From Cetorhinus maximus (lineage: Eukaryota): a stretch of 64,000 nucleotides of DNA. A program made the translations under genes and the position numbers. The stretch is taken from positions 18,538,001 through 18,602,000 of the forward strand of contig NC_135896.1 in the NCBI RefSeq assembly GCF_964194155.1, in the 5' to 3' direction. Below the pieces are notes generated by a model. That model was not told where the DNA came from. It made no database searches and was given only the letters and a program-made list of their open reading frames with translations. This document shows, one piece after another, positions 61,699 to 64,000 of this stretch. Within the stretch, counting starts at the first letter, position 1, and every line of letters starts with the position of its first letter.

Positions 61699-61814
61699 GC
61701 AATGGAACAATACACACACTCAGAGGCATGATGAATAATTCAGATACACAGAGACATTAGGAATAATCCAGTTATTTGTGATTTCAGAAATGGTCCTTGG
61801 GCAAATGAGTTGTA

Positions 61815-62697
61815 TTTTTTAAAAATTCATTCACAGGATGTGGGCTTCGCTGGCTGGGCCAGCATTTATTGCCCATCCCTAGGTTCCCTTGAGAAGGTGG
61901 TGGCGAGCTGCCTTCTTGAACCGCTGTAGTCCATGTGGTATAGGTACACCCACAGTGCTGTTGGGAAGGGAGTTCCAGGATTTTGACCCAGCGACAGTGA
62001 ATATTTCCAAGTCAGGATGATGAGTGACTTGGAGGGGAACTTCCAAGTGGTGGTGTTCCCATCTATCTGCCGCCCTTGTTCTTCTAGATGGTAGTGGTCA
62101 TGGACTTGGAAGGTGCTGTTGAAGGAGCCTTGGTAAATTCCTGCAGTGCATCCTGTAGATGGTACACACTGCTGCTACTGTGAGTCGGTGGTGGAGGGAG
62201 TGGATGTTTCTGGATGTGGTGCCAATCAAGTGGGCTGCTTTGTCCTGGATGGTGTCAAGCTTCTGGAGTTTTGTTGGAGCTGCACTCATCCAGGCAAGTG
62301 GGGAGTATTCCATCACACTCCTGACCTATGCCTTGTAGATGGTGGACTGGCTTTGGGGAATCAGGAGATGAGTTACTTGTCGCATGATTCCTAGTCTCTG
62401 ACCTGCTCTTGTAGCCACAGTATTTATATGGCTAGTCCAGTTCAGTTTCTGGTTAATGGTAATCTCCAGGATGTTGATAGTGGGGAATACAGTGATGGTA
62501 ATGCCATTGAACATCAAGGGGCAATGGTTTGATTCTCTCTTGTTGGAGATGGTTATTGCCTGACAATTGTGTGGCGTGAATGTTACTTGCCACTTGTCAG
62601 TCCAAGCCCGAATATTGTCCAGGCCTTGCTGCATTTGGACATGAACTGGTACAGTATGTGAGGAGTTCTGAATGGTGCTGGACATCGTGCAATCATC
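61815..62697 (-). mobile_element. CR1-clade LINE fragment, same family as 5962-7172
   Basis: ORFs 62098-62316 and 62326-62685 (PLAWMSAAPTKLQKLDTIQDKAA; DKWQVTF). Confidence 0.85.
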
Positions 62698-64000
62698 ATT
62701 TAAGCTGAAGTAGGCAGCTCTGTGCCAAAATGAAGGAAAACAATATAATGTGCTGCTCCTCAGGTCTCACATTATCCTGCTTGAGAAAAACCTGCAGCCC
62801 TTGTGCTTCTGTAACTGGTATTGCTCACTCTATACCAGGTGCGGTTCTGTTTGTGTGAATGGCTATCCCTATTCCACCCACACCCACACCCCCACACCCA
62901 TTTACACCAAGCATTAGAGATACCATCTAGCCCAGTTGAATTAGACATTCATCTATCTTCATATATTTTTTACTGTTTTCACGTTTCAGTTGATCGCCCA
63001 TCTAAGTTCTTACATTGGGCCCCCATTGGATCAGCCCATATTGCAGAACTTTGGCAATATAATCTAGGTCATCACTTTGGTGGAGTACAGCAGGAGAGCT
63101 CCACTGTTGGAACTGCTACCCCTCTGATGAGACATCTCTCTCTGGTGCACGTAGCAAATTCATTGCTGCATTTGCAAAAGGAGTTGAGTTCTCCTAGTTC
63201 TAGCTAACATTTATATGTAAACCAGCACCACTAACGCAGATTGCCTGATTGTTATCTCATCACTGTTTGTGGGATCTTTTTGTGTACATGTTTTCTGCAT
63301 TACATCAGTGGCTATGTTTCAAAATTATTTCATTGGCTGTGAAGTACTGATGTCAGTAAAGACGCCATTTAAATGCAAGTTCTTTCTTCATGAATAAGGA
63401 TAGTACTGTTCCTCAGTGTAGAGCTCTGTATCTTAATGGAACTAATCTTGAGATTGTTTGATTATTGTAAATGTAATCCTTTCATTATATACATAGAATT
63501 ATGTGGCAGTTAATTCTGGACATTCAAATATATGCACTATACGCAAAGATTCAGTGTGATTCAGTCTGTTGTAGGTGGGATCAATTGTAACATAGGAAGC
63601 AAATGTCTGACATTGTAAGTAAAGGCAGACAATATTGGAAATGCACAACAGTATCAGAATTTAATAAGCAAAAATGAACTATTTTTAATGAATCCATAGC
63701 AGTAAATGTTTGCCATGCTTCACAAATTGAACCTGCAGTAACTCTTGAGTTTAGTGCTAGCACATTTTTTCCCCAAAAACGTATTGTTTTCATAAAATTT
63801 GCAAAGATACATTGCATAATAGTTAAAATTTGACATTACACAAAGTGCAAAACGCATCAGTTGCTTTCAATATAGTTTTGGTTGTGTAAGAAGTGCAAAT
63901 GTGTCCACTTTGCGCTGAGAGGATTTGTGTTACCTTCAGCCTATTCTACTCCAGTAGCTTCACAGTAAGTGTATCTGTAAAATGAATAGAAACTTTAATC

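Larger units (their letters stand above)
60210..61790 (+). repeat. Degenerate ~28-bp tandem array (CAATTCAGGTACTC.GAGACATTAGGAA), split by SINE and CR1 insertions
   Basis: Recurring caattcagg/caatccagg/caagtcagg at 28-bp spacing in 60900-61080; also in 60220-60370 and 61710-61775. Confidence 0.65.

Overview
Vertebrate genomic DNA, almost certainly a shark/elasmobranch: the repeat landscape includes Deu-domain SINEs, a V-SINE, CR1/L2/RTE LINEs and Penelope-like 3' remnants. The only host gene is on the + strand. Five GT-AG coding exons (3109-3259, 3924-4079, 5570-5682, 23590-23731, 25888-26054) splice in frame into the leucine-rich-repeat core of a PPP1R37 (LRRC68)-like protein, probably a divergent paralogue. 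No further exon was found in the remaining ~38 kb. The introns hold a decayed two-gene PIF/Harbinger transposon (26223-30361: intron-containing Myb/SANT-like gene on +, DDE transposase on -). At least six 0.4-0.7 kb MITEs share both of its ends, and there is a separate Myb-only derivative. Also present are Penelope-like remnants with a minimal hammerhead ribozyme signature, a perfect 74-bp fold-back, a ~330-bp-arm ancient inverted repeat, a 30-bp minisatellite, a decayed 28-bp tandem array and many repeat-free blocks that look like conserved enhancers. Most notable: (i) the autonomous/non-autonomous Harbinger system; (ii) Harbinger Myb-gene exons lying in sense and in frame downstream of the last host exon (possible host-transposon chimera); (iii) hammerhead motifs; (iv) the hypothesis that this is a PPP1R37 ohnologue inside a BCL11-type regulatory block. 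All family assignments are from recall, with no database search.
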